The translations under genes and the position numbers were made by a program. Below, piece after piece: positions 9,540 through 18,776 of a stretch of DNA of 53,171 bases. This stretch comes from Gammaproteobacteria bacterium (GTDB lineage Bacteria; Pseudomonadota; Gammaproteobacteria; Chromatiales; Chromatiaceae): positions 1 through 53,171 of the forward strand of contig RFHJ01000056.1 of NCBI GenBank assembly GCA_003696905.1, written 5' to 3'. How positions within the stretch are numbered: the first letter of the stretch is position 1; each line of letters opens with the position of its first letter. The notes beneath the pieces are model-generated. The model did not search any database and was not told where the DNA came from. It worked only from the letters and a program-made list of their open reading frames with translations.

Positions 9540-11873
9540 TCAATGTGCCGAGCGGGTATGGGAGCGAACCTCCCGGCGCGCCCGGGCAATGGTATCGGGA
9601 TCGGTGACCACCTCATAATAGACCCGGCCCGAGCGATCGCCTTCCAACAATCGGTCTCCCATCCACAGCGGCAGCGGGGTCTCACGAACCACCAGCCAGT
9701 GACTGTTGCCCACCAGGTCGAGATAACGGCCCACATGGTAGGTATCGGCCCGATCGCCTTGTGGCCGCGACAGGGTGACGCGGCGCAAGCGCAGTTCTTC
9801 TCGCAATTGAAAGAAGGCAGCGGCCTCGAGTTCTATGCCGTTCACGTTGTAGCGCATTACGCCGTCCGGATCCTGCTTCGAATTCTGGGTTTCCTTTACC
9901 GGCACCGCCACCACCACGTGTTGCCCGGGATCGAGTCGATTCGCGAGCACCCGGCGCATGGCGGGGTGACAGGATGACAACCGGTCGGCACGGTTGATTG
10001 CGGGCGATATCATGATCCGGTGCCCCTCGTCATAGAGATAGGTCGGCGCCTCGTTGGAATAGGCGATCCCGATACCCAGCACCAGCTCAGGCAGCCCAAG
10101 CGTCCGGCTCTCGGCATTCTTGGCCTCGATCACTTCGAGCATCCGTTCGGCCAACCCACAGGCACGCGCCACCGCCAAATGATCGCGGGGCTGCCCCTCG
10201 TATTCCATCAGCGAGAGGATGACCGCATCGCCCTCGACGAACACCTTCTCCGCACCGAAGGCACGCAGCTGCTTGTTGATCGGGCCGTACAGATTACGGC
10301 TGAAATAGGTGGCAGGATTGAGATTGCGCGCGCGCATCTGGGCCGTTATCTCGGTCGAGCCACGCACATCGGCCTTCAACACCACATGGCCAACGACGCG
10401 CCGGTTGGACTCCCTGGTCCCACGCCGGAAATCCTGCAACAGGTCGTTTGCCACGGACATCGAGAGATCCTGCTGATCCCGCAGCAGCCGAACCTGGTCC
10501 AATCCGTTGTAGAGCCAGGTCGCCAACTTGAGGTGATAGCGATAATCGACCAGCTCACTGAAGAAGCCGGCCAGCATCCGTTGCCGCGCATGCCTGCCGG
10601 CCAACTCCACCGCCTTCATGCGTTCATCGATCAGCCGCAGGACGGGACGCGCGTCTTCGACCCCGGGCAGGGTCTGCAGGCGCCGGACAAGTTCCTTGCC
10701 GCGGATTTCGCCGGCCAGGTAGTCATGGACCCAATCCACCCCGCCCCTCAATCCAAGATTGGGATAGACGGATTTCAGCAGGAAGGACGCACGGATGCGC
10801 GACATCAACCCCGCGCGCTCCACACCCACCATCAACTCTTTCATCTTGGAACGCTGCAGGGCAACCAATTCCCTGCTACTCCAGGGACCACCCTGCGGCC
10901 AGGGTTCCACATCCCCGCCCAGCAGCTGCAAGACTGCCTTGGCGTTGTCGAATTCATGGGGCACGAGCATGGCCAACTCGCCCTGATCGACCAACAGTGC
11001 GGTCTGCCTCAGAATCTCGACATGACCCCGCAATACGGAATCTCCCGGTAATGCACTCTCCTCCGGCGTTATCGAGTCTCCTGTCAGTCCCAGCTCGGCA
11101 GGCAACCACTCGGCCACCGTCTCGAAGAACAACCGGTTGAGCGTTAGCGCACTCTCCTCATCGCGCAACAGATGGGGATAGTAATTGAAGAAATCCTCGC
11201 TCGACCCCAACCCTCCGAGCTGCACCAGGGGATTCACGAGCATCGCCCTGGACACCGGCCAGGAAATACCCATCACGGTCTTGCGCATCTTGCGCAGGTG
11301 GGAATCCTCCTGACGCATCATCACACGAATCACATCGTGCAGGGTCCGGTAGCGAATCGACAGTTCGTTGCGCGCCAGGATGACCACTTTGTCGTGCAAT
11401 TCCAGGCTCCTGCCCAATTGACGGCGAGTCGGTTGCGAACGGGCATCCTCGAGCTGCCGGCGCAGCCCTGCCAGCTGTCGGTCCACCTCTTCGATAACCA
11501 TTCTGATCACCGCCAGCTGGAACAACTGGCAGGCTTCCGGCCGCGCCCTCGCACGACTCTCGCGCAGTACCAGGCGGGTGTTCTCCGAGTAGGTCCGGCG
11601 AAAGACCTCCACCACGTCCATGTCGGAAGCCCGGAATTCTTCACCCCAGAAATAGCGCCGAACGTCCTCATTTAGAGTGACCTGGACCAGAGAAGCGATG
11701 GCCTCGGTCAACTCCGGATCCAGTGCGACGTCGATGTGGGTACTGTCCACCCCCACGGGAAAGCGTTCCAGGCGCAGGCGATGAAACGCAGGTCGCGCCA
11801 TGCGAGACAGCACCGTATTGCGATCGATCTCCGGTCGCGGCTGTCCCAGCAGTAGCGATTTCACCAACTGCAT
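9540..11873 (-). CDS. Large protein with a C-terminal class III nucleotidyl cyclase-like domain
   Basis: VVLKADVRGSTEIT, EGDAVILS, LGIGIAYS and INRADRLS match the cyclase homology domain pattern. The ~490-aa helical N-terminus is unrecognised. Confidence 0.7.
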   Translation of the reverse strand: MQLVKSLLLGQPRPEIDRNTVLSRMARPAFHRLRLERFPVGVDSTHIDVALDPELTEAIASLVQVTLNEDVRRYFWGEEFRASDMDVVEVFRRTYSENTRLVLRESRARARPEACQLFQLAVIRMVIEEVDRQLAGLRRQLEDARSQPTRRQLGRSLELHDKVVILARNELSIRYRTLHDVIRVMMRQEDSHLRKMRKTVMGISWPVSRAMLVNPLVQLGGLGSSEDFFNYYPHLLRDEESALTLNRLFFETVAEWLPAELGLTGDSITPEESALPGDSVLRGHVEILRQTALLVDQGELAMLVPHEFDNAKAVLQLLGGDVEPWPQGGPWSSRELVALQRSKMKELMVGVERAGLMSRIRASFLLKSVYPNLGLRGGVDWVHDYLAGEIRGKELVRRLQTLPGVEDARPVLRLIDERMKAVELAGRHARQRMLAGFFSELVDYRYHLKLATWLYNGLDQVRLLRDQQDLSMSVANDLLQDFRRGTRESNRRVVGHVVLKADVRGSTEITAQMRARNLNPATYFSRNLYGPINKQLRAFGAEKVFVEGDAVILSLMEYEGQPRDHLAVARACGLAERMLEVIEAKNAESRTLGLPELVLGIGIAYSNEAPTYLYDEGHRIMISPAINRADRLSSCHPAMRRVLANRLDPGQHVVVAVPVKETQNSKQDPDGVMRYNVNGIELEAAAFFQLREELRLRRVTLSRPQGDRADTYHVGRYLDLVGNSHWLVVRETPLPLWMGDRLLEGDRSGRVYYEVVTDPDTIARARREVRSHTRSAH

Positions 11874-11903
11874 ACGTGCTCCCTGGACCGCCCGGATTCG
11901 CGG

Positions 11904-12350
11904 TCAGTCCCCTAGCAACGCGGCGATGATGCGATCTTCCATCTCCGCGCGAATGGCCAATTCCTCACCCAGCTTGTTGAGGTCGGCGCCCAGTGCCTGT
12001 AAATCCAGCGGATGGTCGTTGGCGTCGTACTTGTCGTTGAATTCCACCGCCACTTCGCTCGCTTCGGCAATACGCGGGTATACCTCGCGTGCCACCTCGA
12101 TCACTCGCGACCGACGTTCGCGACCGTTGATGATCCGGTCGTAGATCTCGAAATGGGCAAATGCGGAATAGTCGACCAACAGCTCGCAAAAGCGTTGCAA
12201 CATCGCTTCCAGGTCATCCTCTTCGCCCTTGTCCAGAGGTTGCGCACCCGCCAGCTTGCAAAACTTCACCAACAACTGCTGCCGCTCGCAAAGCAGCTTG
12301 TCGATGGTCTCTCGAGTACCGGTGCGTCGTTCCTGCGTCGTCGTCATCAT
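11904..12350 (-). CDS. rsd: Regulator of sigma D (Rsd/AlgQ family)
   Basis: ERQQLLVKFC, FCELLVDYSAFAHFEIY, FNDKYD, LGEELAIRAEMEDRII. Confidence 0.9.
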   Translation of the reverse strand: MMTTTQERRTGTRETIDKLLCERQQLLVKFCKLAGAQPLDKGEEDDLEAMLQRFCELLVDYSAFAHFEIYDRIINGRERRSRVIEVAREVYPRIAEASEVAVEFNDKYDANDHPLDLQALGADLNKLGEELAIRAEMEDRIIAALLGD

Positions 12351-12581
12351 CCCGCCAAACCATTGTCCCCGCCCCGGCAGGGGCACCGTCATCCACGCCA
12401 CCGCGCCATTCGGCGGCGCAACCTTCCTCATGCTATCCACCACCGATCACGATACCGACAGGCTGCTAGAATCGCCGTTGGGCGATCCAGTCGCCAAGCC
12501 TTGCCCGACTGTGGTTCCAGTCGATCGGGGCGGCCAGGCCCAGAGTGGAAGTTTAACCTTAAATTCCCTAGAAGGTGTGCA

Positions 12582-13178
12582 GTGCAGGCATATGCGAAAT
12601 TGCTGATAATGAGCATGTTGCTGGCCCTGACCGGCCCCGCGGCGTCGGCCACCACCGGCAGCCCATTCCTGGACATGATGCGTGGCATGGCCACCGGCTT
12701 CGCTCTATTGGGGCAGAACGGCACCACTACCTCACCTACCATCATCTATCCACCGATCCAGCCGCTGCCGGTGCCCGCCTATTCCCCCTTCGCCCCAAGC
12801 TATCCGTGGACTGCCTCGGTACCGGGATGGCCACCCGCCGTCCCTTTCGGCACGGGCATCTATCCCGCCACACCCTGGCCGCCGACCGCCCCCTATCCCC
12901 CCGGGAACATACTCTCGAAGCTGGAGGGGGCCTGGGAGACGAGCAACGGCGGACTATTGCTGGTGCGCGACAGCCTGGCTCGGCTCTACGTCTCCCGCGA
13001 CGAGTACCAGGATCTGTACCTGAGGGCCGACCCGCGCTACCTATGGCTGCAACCAGTTGGCAGTCAGGTCCCCACCCGCTATGAACACCATATCTACAAG
13101 GATCGAATAGTGCTGCGCGACGCCCGCGGCAACAGCCTGGTACTGCGTCGTTACAAACCGAAGAGAACAACCGAGTGA
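12582..13178 (+). CDS. Hypothetical secreted proline-rich protein
   Basis: GAAGG RBS then GTG; signal-peptide-like N-terminus, Pro/Tyr/Trp-rich linker and a C-terminal beta-rich LEGAWET domain. Confidence 0.65.
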   Translation: MQAYAKLLIMSMLLALTGPAASATTGSPFLDMMRGMATGFALLGQNGTTTSPTIIYPPIQPLPVPAYSPFAPSYPWTASVPGWPPAVPFGTGIYPATPWPPTAPYPPGNILSKLEGAWETSNGGLLLVRDSLARLYVSRDEYQDLYLRADPRYLWLQPVGSQVPTRYEHHIYKDRIVLRDARGNSLVLRRYKPKRTTE

Positions 13179-13274
13179 AATTCCCCGCGCACCAGGGGCC
13201 GTGCGCAAGACCTTGAGCGACATTGCCGCCTGCCGCTATAGTGGCATCATCGATCCCAGCAGAGTCATGACAGG

Positions 13275-14255
13275 ATGAAGTTCAGCAAGGTTGCCCTGCT
13301 CGGCGGTTCCGGGTTCGTCGGTCGTCATCTCACCCACCATTTGCACAATGCCGGGTTTCAGTGCCGCGTACTGACCCGCCGCGCCTTCCGCCATCCAGAG
13401 TTGCGCCTGAGCGCCGAGGTGCGTGAAGTGGGTGACTGCGCCGTCGCACAGTTGGTGCCGGCATTGGAGGGTTGTGATGCGGCCGTGAATCTAGTGGGCA
13501 TCCTCAATCCCACCAAGGACGCCAGTTTCCGCGATGTCCACGTGGCGCTGACCGAGCGTGTGGTGGAGGCCTGCCACCAGGCGGGAATCCGGCGCCTCCT
13601 GCACATGAGCGCCCTGCATGCCGACCAGGCCGCAGGGAGCAGTGACTATCTGCGCACCAAGGGCGAAGGCGAGAATCGCGCCCATACCCTCGGGAAACCC
13701 GATATCGCCGTGACCAGTTTCCAACCCTCGGTCATCTTTGGGCCGGACGACAGCTTTCTCAACCGATTCGCGCGATTGCTCAAGATTCCGGGCCCCCTGC
13801 CCCTGGCCTGTGCGGACAGCCGCTTCGCGCCGGTCTATGTCCAGGACGTCGCCGAAGCCTTCGTCAAGGCCCTGCCCGACCGGCACACCTTTGGCCGGCG
13901 CTACCAATTGTGCGGCCCCGACATCTACACGCTGGAAGAGATCGTACGCCTCATTGCCTATCACACGAAGCGGCACAAGGAGATCATCCGCCTGCCGGAC
14001 AGCCTGGCGCGGATTCAGGCATCGATACTCCAATACGCACCGGGCAAACCCTTCACCCCGGACAATTACCTCTCCCTGCAAACCGATAGCGTCTGCGACC
14101 ACAACGGCCTGCCGGATCTGGGCATCACCCCTACGCCCCTCGGACCATTGGCTGCAGAGTTTCTGCAACAGCATACCCGAGCGAGTTGGTTCAGCCGGCT
14201 GCGGCGCTGGGCCCGCCGCGATCCGGCCGAGATTCCACGCCATCAGGAATCCTAG
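13275..14255 (+). CDS. NDUFA9-family NAD(P)-dependent epimerase/atypical SDR
   Basis: GGSGFVGRH, VNLVGILN, LHMSAL, YLRTKGEGE, PSVIFGPDD, FAPVYVQDVA. Confidence 0.9.
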   Translation: MKFSKVALLGGSGFVGRHLTHHLHNAGFQCRVLTRRAFRHPELRLSAEVREVGDCAVAQLVPALEGCDAAVNLVGILNPTKDASFRDVHVALTERVVEACHQAGIRRLLHMSALHADQAAGSSDYLRTKGEGENRAHTLGKPDIAVTSFQPSVIFGPDDSFLNRFARLLKIPGPLPLACADSRFAPVYVQDVAEAFVKALPDRHTFGRRYQLCGPDIYTLEEIVRLIAYHTKRHKEIIRLPDSLARIQASILQYAPGKPFTPDNYLSLQTDSVCDHNGLPDLGITPTPLGPLAAEFLQQHTRASWFSRLRRWARRDPAEIPRHQES

Positions 14256-14284
14256 AACCCCAAGAGGGGGCGTGACCGACGTCC

Positions 14285-14986
14285 TCAGAGGGGGAAGAAC
14301 ACCGCCGAGGCCACGCCCTGGATCACGTTCTTGATGCGCCGGTTGCTGGCCTCGGCGACCACCAGCGCGAACTGATCGTGCAGCGCCACCAGCTTTCCGA
14401 ATAGCCGCTCGAAGCTCGTATTGAAGGTACCGTCGGGGGCAGTGCCGCCACTCAACAGCAACGGCCGTCCTGTGGCAGAGCGGGTTGCACGCAGGCGCCA
14501 GGCAGCGATCTCGATGTTACGTGCCAGAAAATAGAGTTTCTGCGGATCGTAGCTGTGCGGCAGATAGAAATCCCCCTCCCCCCCATAGGCGGCGATGGCC
14601 ATGTTGCGCAGGCCATAGACGAAGGCCGCCACCCGATCACCTTCGAAATCCGGCGCCAGTGCCAGTACGATCAGGTCACTGCCGCGACGGCTCCCCCACT
14701 GCGCCAGGAGACGCCGCGGCGGATCCCCCAATACGGCCTCCACCGACCTTGCCCGCTCACCCAGCCCGCGACGTAGCTGATCCGGATTGCGGCGATAGAG
14801 CTTGTCGGCCAGTTCGCGCAGGTAACGACGATGCTGGCGCACCGTGATCTCCGCGACCATGTCGATGTCTCCCTTGGCCACATCCTGGATACGGAAATCG
14901 CGCACCGGCATGGCGCTCGGCGGCGGGGCGCTCTGGCAGCCCGCCAGGGGCAGCGCAACGAGGAGCACCGATTTATAGAGACGCAC
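14285..14986 (-). CDS. Hypothetical lipoprotein
   Basis: Lipobox LAGC at residues 14-17; overlaps the end of the upstream methyltransferase. Confidence 0.75.
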   Translation of the reverse strand: MRLYKSVLLVALPLAGCQSAPPPSAMPVRDFRIQDVAKGDIDMVAEITVRQHRRYLRELADKLYRRNPDQLRRGLGERARSVEAVLGDPPRRLLAQWGSRRGSDLIVLALAPDFEGDRVAAFVYGLRNMAIAAYGGEGDFYLPHSYDPQKLYFLARNIEIAAWRLRATRSATGRPLLLSGGTAPDGTFNTSFERLFGKLVALHDQFALVVAEASNRRIKNVIQGVASAVFFPL

Positions 14987-16139
14987 GCAGGTCCCTCAAG
15001 GAGAAGCCCCTAAGGGGGCTCTCCACACCACGTTGAAAACCCATCACCTTGAAACGCTCCCCCATGGCCGAGGGGAGTACCAGTTGCTTGGCCGCCTGCA
15101 GCCGGTCGATACGCTCGCCTTCGGGCTCGTCCTGCAACGATTTCAGCAGGCCATCGAGGCCACAGCCCAGCAGGAACTGAGCCTGTGTCGTGTAACCGGC
15201 CAGCTCCAGACCATTCTCCACGCCCGCCTCGGCCACCGCCGAAAAGTCCACGCTGGCGGTGATGTCCTGCAGCCCTGGCAGGACGAAGGGATCGTCGTGG
15301 GCACGATGACGAAAGTGACAGATCAACGTCCCCTGATCGCGCTCGAAGTGATAGTACTCGCGCTCGCTATAGCCATAGTCGATCAACAACAGCAGCCCCT
15401 GCTCGAGCAACGCGGCCATAGCGCCCAGCCAGGGACGCAAGCGAAGATTCACCTCCGATTGATACCCCGGCGGCAGCACCCCCACACGCCGTTCGATCGC
15501 TTCCAGCGAAGAGACCAGCCGCGGTGTGCGAGGCTCGGTCCAGAGCGGCCGGAAGGCCTGCCCATCCCAGGCGACCTGTTGCTCCTCCCATCCTGCAGAT
15601 CCCTTCCGAAAACGCGAGACGGGCATGGCGTCCAGTACCTCGTTGGCCAGGATCACGCCCCGCCAGCCAGGATCCGGCAACTGCTCCAGCCACACCACCC
15701 GCTCGATCAGGGCGGGGATGCGCCGCCGCAGGGTCTCGGTCTGACGCGCCTTGAGCTCCGCGCTGAGCTCGAGGATCTGATACTGCGCCGGCAGGCGATC
15801 GAGCTCGGCCAGCCGTTGCAGCACATCCGCGGCCAGGGCACCGGAGCCCGCTCCGAACTCCAGCACCTGGCCTCCCGTCTGCGCCAGCCCCTCGGCCACC
15901 TGGTGGGCCAGAGCGGCCCCGAACAGGAGCGAAAGCTCCGGCGCCGTCACGAAATCCCCCGCTGCGCCGAACTTATGGGTACCGTTGACGTAGTAGCCCG
16001 CGCCCGGCGCATAGAGCGCCAGCTCCATGTAGCGATCGAAGGGGATGGCGCCGCCCGCCGCCTCGATCGCATCGACGATGCAGGCCCTGGTCTGCTCGAG
16101 CTGAGCGGCCTGTTCGGCATCCAGGGCGGGCAGGTTCAC
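14973..16139 (-). CDS. SAM-dependent methyltransferase, MidA/NDUFAF7 family
   Basis: FDRYMELALYAPGAGYY, GDFVTAPE, LEFGAGSG, ANEVLDAMP, IDYG, QDITASVDF, MGERFKV; GTG start at 16139. Confidence 0.92.
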   Translation of the reverse strand: MNLPALDAEQAAQLEQTRACIVDAIEAAGGAIPFDRYMELALYAPGAGYYVNGTHKFGAAGDFVTAPELSLLFGAALAHQVAEGLAQTGGQVLEFGAGSGALAADVLQRLAELDRLPAQYQILELSAELKARQTETLRRRIPALIERVVWLEQLPDPGWRGVILANEVLDAMPVSRFRKGSAGWEEQQVAWDGQAFRPLWTEPRTPRLVSSLEAIERRVGVLPPGYQSEVNLRLRPWLGAMAALLEQGLLLLIDYGYSEREYYHFERDQGTLICHFRHRAHDDPFVLPGLQDITASVDFSAVAEAGVENGLELAGYTTQAQFLLGCGLDGLLKSLQDEPEGERIDRLQAAKQLVLPSAMGERFKVMGFQRGVESPLRGFSLRDLRASL

Positions 16140-16220
16140 AGGGGCTCCGGGCGTCTGTCGGGGATGGGACGATTCATTATATCCTTGTTCCGCCCGTTCC
16201 ATGCCCGCGAGGACCATCCC

Positions 16221-16976
16221 ATGCCCCATTGCGAATACCGGCTCGAGGGGAAGATCGCCCTGGTCACCGGCGCCGCGGCCCGTATCGGCGCCCAGATCTG
16301 CCGCTCGCTGCACGCTGCCGGCTGCGATGTCGTGCTTCATTATCGCCGCTCGGCCGACCGTGCCGAGGCCCTCGCCGGCGAACTCAACACCCGGCGGCCG
16401 GACTCGGCCTTTGCCTTGCAGGCGGATCTCGCCGACATGCAGGCCATCGAGCCGCTGGCAGCGGCCGCACTCGACCTCCGTGGTCGGCTCGACATCCTGG
16501 TCAACAACGCCTCCAGCTACTACCCCACGCCGGTGGGTAGCGTCACCCAGGCACAATGGGACGACCTCTTTGCCAGCAATGCGCGCGCGCCCTTTTTTCT
16601 CGCCCAGGCCCTGGCGCCCGCGCTTCGGGCGCACCAGGGCTGCATCGTCAACCTGGTCGATATCCACGCGGAGCGGCCCAATGCCCACCATCCGGTCTAT
16701 TCCATGGCCAAGGCCGCCAATGCCATGATGGTCAAGGCCCTGGCCCGCGATCTGGCGCCCGAGGTTCGGGTCAACGGCGTGGCGCCCGGCGCGGCCCTCT
16801 GGCCCGAACACTATTTCGACGACCAGGACCGGCTGGCGATCCTCGAACGCATCCCGCTGGGCCGACCGGCGGGCGCGGAGGAGATCGCCGCGGCCGTCCT
16901 GTTCATGATCGCGGGTACCGACTATGTGACCGGCCAGATCCTGGCGGTGGATGGCGGGCGCAGCGTGCAGCAATGA
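16221..16976 (+). CDS. Pteridine reductase (FolM/PTR1-like SDR)
   Basis: TGAAARIG, LVNNASSYYPTP, YSMAKAA, VNGVAPGA, VTGQILAVDGGRS; GAGGA RBS; next to folK/folB. Confidence 0.9.
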   Translation: MPHCEYRLEGKIALVTGAAARIGAQICRSLHAAGCDVVLHYRRSADRAEALAGELNTRRPDSAFALQADLADMQAIEPLAAAALDLRGRLDILVNNASSYYPTPVGSVTQAQWDDLFASNARAPFFLAQALAPALRAHQGCIVNLVDIHAERPNAHHPVYSMAKAANAMMVKALARDLAPEVRVNGVAPGAALWPEHYFDDQDRLAILERIPLGRPAGAEEIAAAVLFMIAGTDYVTGQILAVDGGRSVQQ

Positions 16977-17038
16977 GAGGGGCAGGGACCAGGACACTAC
17001 CACGCACAACGTCCGGGTCATCGCGGGGCAGCGCCTAA

Positions 17039-17204
17039 TGCTACTTTGTCAGATTAGCGGCTTCCGGGGTGAGAGGATGGTGTTGGCTGCATGTGTCACG
17101 CCGTAAATCCTTCCCTGGAGGCTCGATGGCCGCGTCCCTGCGGCCAACGGACACACGCAGCCAACGCCATCCTGCCGTGGTTGAGTGAATGTGACAAAGT
17201 GGAA
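17039..17204 (-). mobile_element. ~166-bp MITE, copy C (different termini, possibly IS701-like)
   Basis: Imperfect TIRs TAATGCTACTTTGTCAGATT / AATGTGACAAAGTGGAACTA (16/20 when counted with the flanks), CTAA direct repeat at 17035-38 and 17205-08, 23-bp internal stem, and the same two-hairpin core as copies A and B. Confidence 0.72.
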
Positions 17205-17224
17205 CTAAGCCCCATCCCCGGACA

Positions 17225-17734
17225 TCAGGATACCGAGCCCTCGATGTCATCCAGTGGGACCGACCGCATCGGCGTCGGCCGTTGCGCGGAGAACCGGTCC
17301 CAAAGGGCCGCGTAAGTGGAACCCAGTAGCGGGTGGCGCTCCTGGCCGGCCACGTCGGCCAGGGGACGGAGCACGAAGGCATAGCGCGTGATCTCGTCTC
17401 TCGGCAACCGCAGCCCCTCTACGTCGCCGGTCCGATCACCGAAGGTGAGGATGTCGATATCCAGGGTCCGGTCACTGAACTTGCCTGTATCCCGCCGCCG
17501 GCCATTGCACGCCTCGATGGCCCGCAGCCGGGCCTGGACCTCCCCCGGCCCCCGGTCGGTATCGAAACCGGCCACCAGGTTATAGAAGGGTGGCCCGGCG
17601 AATCCCTCGGCAGGCGTTTCGTAGATGGGAGAGATCACCAGCTCGCCGAAGGCCTCGCGCAGTGCCGCCAGCGCGGCGCGCAGATGCCGTTCCCGCTCCA
17701 CATTGCTGCCGATGCTCACCCATACACGGTTCAT
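17225..17734 (-). CDS. folK: 2-amino-4-hydroxy-6-hydroxymethyldihydropteridine diphosphokinase
   Basis: SIGSNV, FYNLV, RTLDIDIL, YAFVLRPLAD. Confidence 0.93.
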   Translation of the reverse strand: MNRVWVSIGSNVERERHLRAALAALREAFGELVISPIYETPAEGFAGPPFYNLVAGFDTDRGPGEVQARLRAIEACNGRRRDTGKFSDRTLDIDILTFGDRTGDVEGLRLPRDEITRYAFVLRPLADVAGQERHPLLGSTYAALWDRFSAQRPTPMRSVPLDDIEGSVS

Positions 17735-18090
17735 GACGGTCGCTGCCCACGTTCGATGATCACGCCCACATCGGTTGCCCCCCGCACTGCGCCCTGCTTG
17801 TTCAGGGTCAGGCGGAGCCAGGGCACACCGAACTCCTCCATCACCAAACGGGCGCAGCGCTCGGCCAAGGTTTCGACCAGCTGGAAGCGGCTCTCTCCGA
17901 CGAAGGCGATCAGGCGCTTGGCGACCGCCTTGTAGTCGAGGGCGTCCTCGATCGACTCGCTTCGTGCGGCGCGCGAGATGTCGGTACCCATTTCGAGATC
18001 CAGGATCACGGTCTGCCGCGTACGTCGCTCCCAGTCATAGATGCCGATGATGGTATCGATGCGCAGACCGCGCAGATAGACGATGTCCAT
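17731..18090 (-). CDS. folB: Dihydroneopterin aldolase
   Basis: MDIVYLRGL, IGIYDWER, DALDY, LVETLAE, VGVIIERG. Confidence 0.95.
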   Translation of the reverse strand: MDIVYLRGLRIDTIIGIYDWERRTRQTVILDLEMGTDISRAARSESIEDALDYKAVAKRLIAFVGESRFQLVETLAERCARLVMEEFGVPWLRLTLNKQGAVRGATDVGVIIERGQRPS

Positions 18091-18218
18091 GCCCCTTGCC
18101 CTCGGTTCCGAGGGCAAGAGTTTACCAGTCTCGGGACCAAGGCCCACCATCCAGAGAGCCTTTATCTGGAGAGACCTCCAGGGATGGTATGAATTCCCAT
18201 CCGGAGAATCTCGTTCCC

Positions 18219-18245
18219 TAAAGATTCTGTGAATCGTGTCGCAAA
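18219..18245 (+). promoter_or_regulatory. Possible sigma-28 (FliA) promoter for the signalling cluster
   Basis: TAAA-N15-GTCGCAAA against consensus TAAA-N15-GCCGATAA (5/8 in the -10 box), upstream of chemotaxis genes. Confidence 0.3.
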
Positions 18246-18314
18246 CAAGATCGACGCGTACCGACGACGGACGTGGAAAGCATCAACCCGTCTGACGACC
18301 GAAGGAGAAGACAC

Positions 18315-18728
18315 GTGAAGAGATTCATGCACATCGCCCTTGCGGGCATGCTGGTCCTGCTGGCCGGCAGCGCCCTGGCCAAGGAGGATTCCCCGCTGAC
18401 GGTGGCAGGCGCCACCACCGTCGACACCGCCAAGGCACGTGCCCTGTTCGACCAGGGCGTGGCCTTCGTGGACGCACGCAAGGATAGCGACTGGGAGGCC
18501 GGTCGCATCCCTGGTGCCATCCACCTCGACGTAAAGAAGGCCCTTACCGAGGAGGCACTCGCCGCCGAAGTGAAGAAGGACGAGCCCGTGGTCTTCTACT
18601 GCAACGGCAAGAAATGTCACCGCAGCAGCAAGGCCAGCGCCATGGCAGTGGGCTGGGGCTGGAAGAAGGTCTATTACTATCGCGACGGCTTCCCCGCCTG
18701 GAAAGCCGCCGGCAACCCCGTCGAATAA
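18315..18728 (+). CDS. Exported single-domain rhodanese
   Basis: GAAGGAG RBS and GTG start; Sec signal ending ALA-K; FVDAR, GRIPGAIHL, active-site loop FYCNGKKC, YRDGFPAW. Confidence 0.88.
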   Translation: MKRFMHIALAGMLVLLAGSALAKEDSPLTVAGATTVDTAKARALFDQGVAFVDARKDSDWEAGRIPGAIHLDVKKALTEEALAAEVKKDEPVVFYCNGKKCHRSSKASAMAVGWGWKKVYYYRDGFPAWKAAGNPVE

Positions 18729-18776
18729 TCCTTGAACAAGAACGGCCCCGTCGCTCGGCGGGGCGGGGAGCCCGCC

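Noticed and set aside
14973-17021. Apparent 682-aa and 647-aa overlapping ORFs suggesting fusions
   Set aside because: They resolve into a divergent methyltransferase (start 16139) and pteridine reductase (start 16221); the extensions are antisense read-through
18176-18206. CCA-GGGA-TGG motif upstream of the rhodanese as another CsrA-type element
   Set aside because: Single site with a 3-bp stem and a competing longer pairing; it lies upstream of the candidate promoter, so support is too weak
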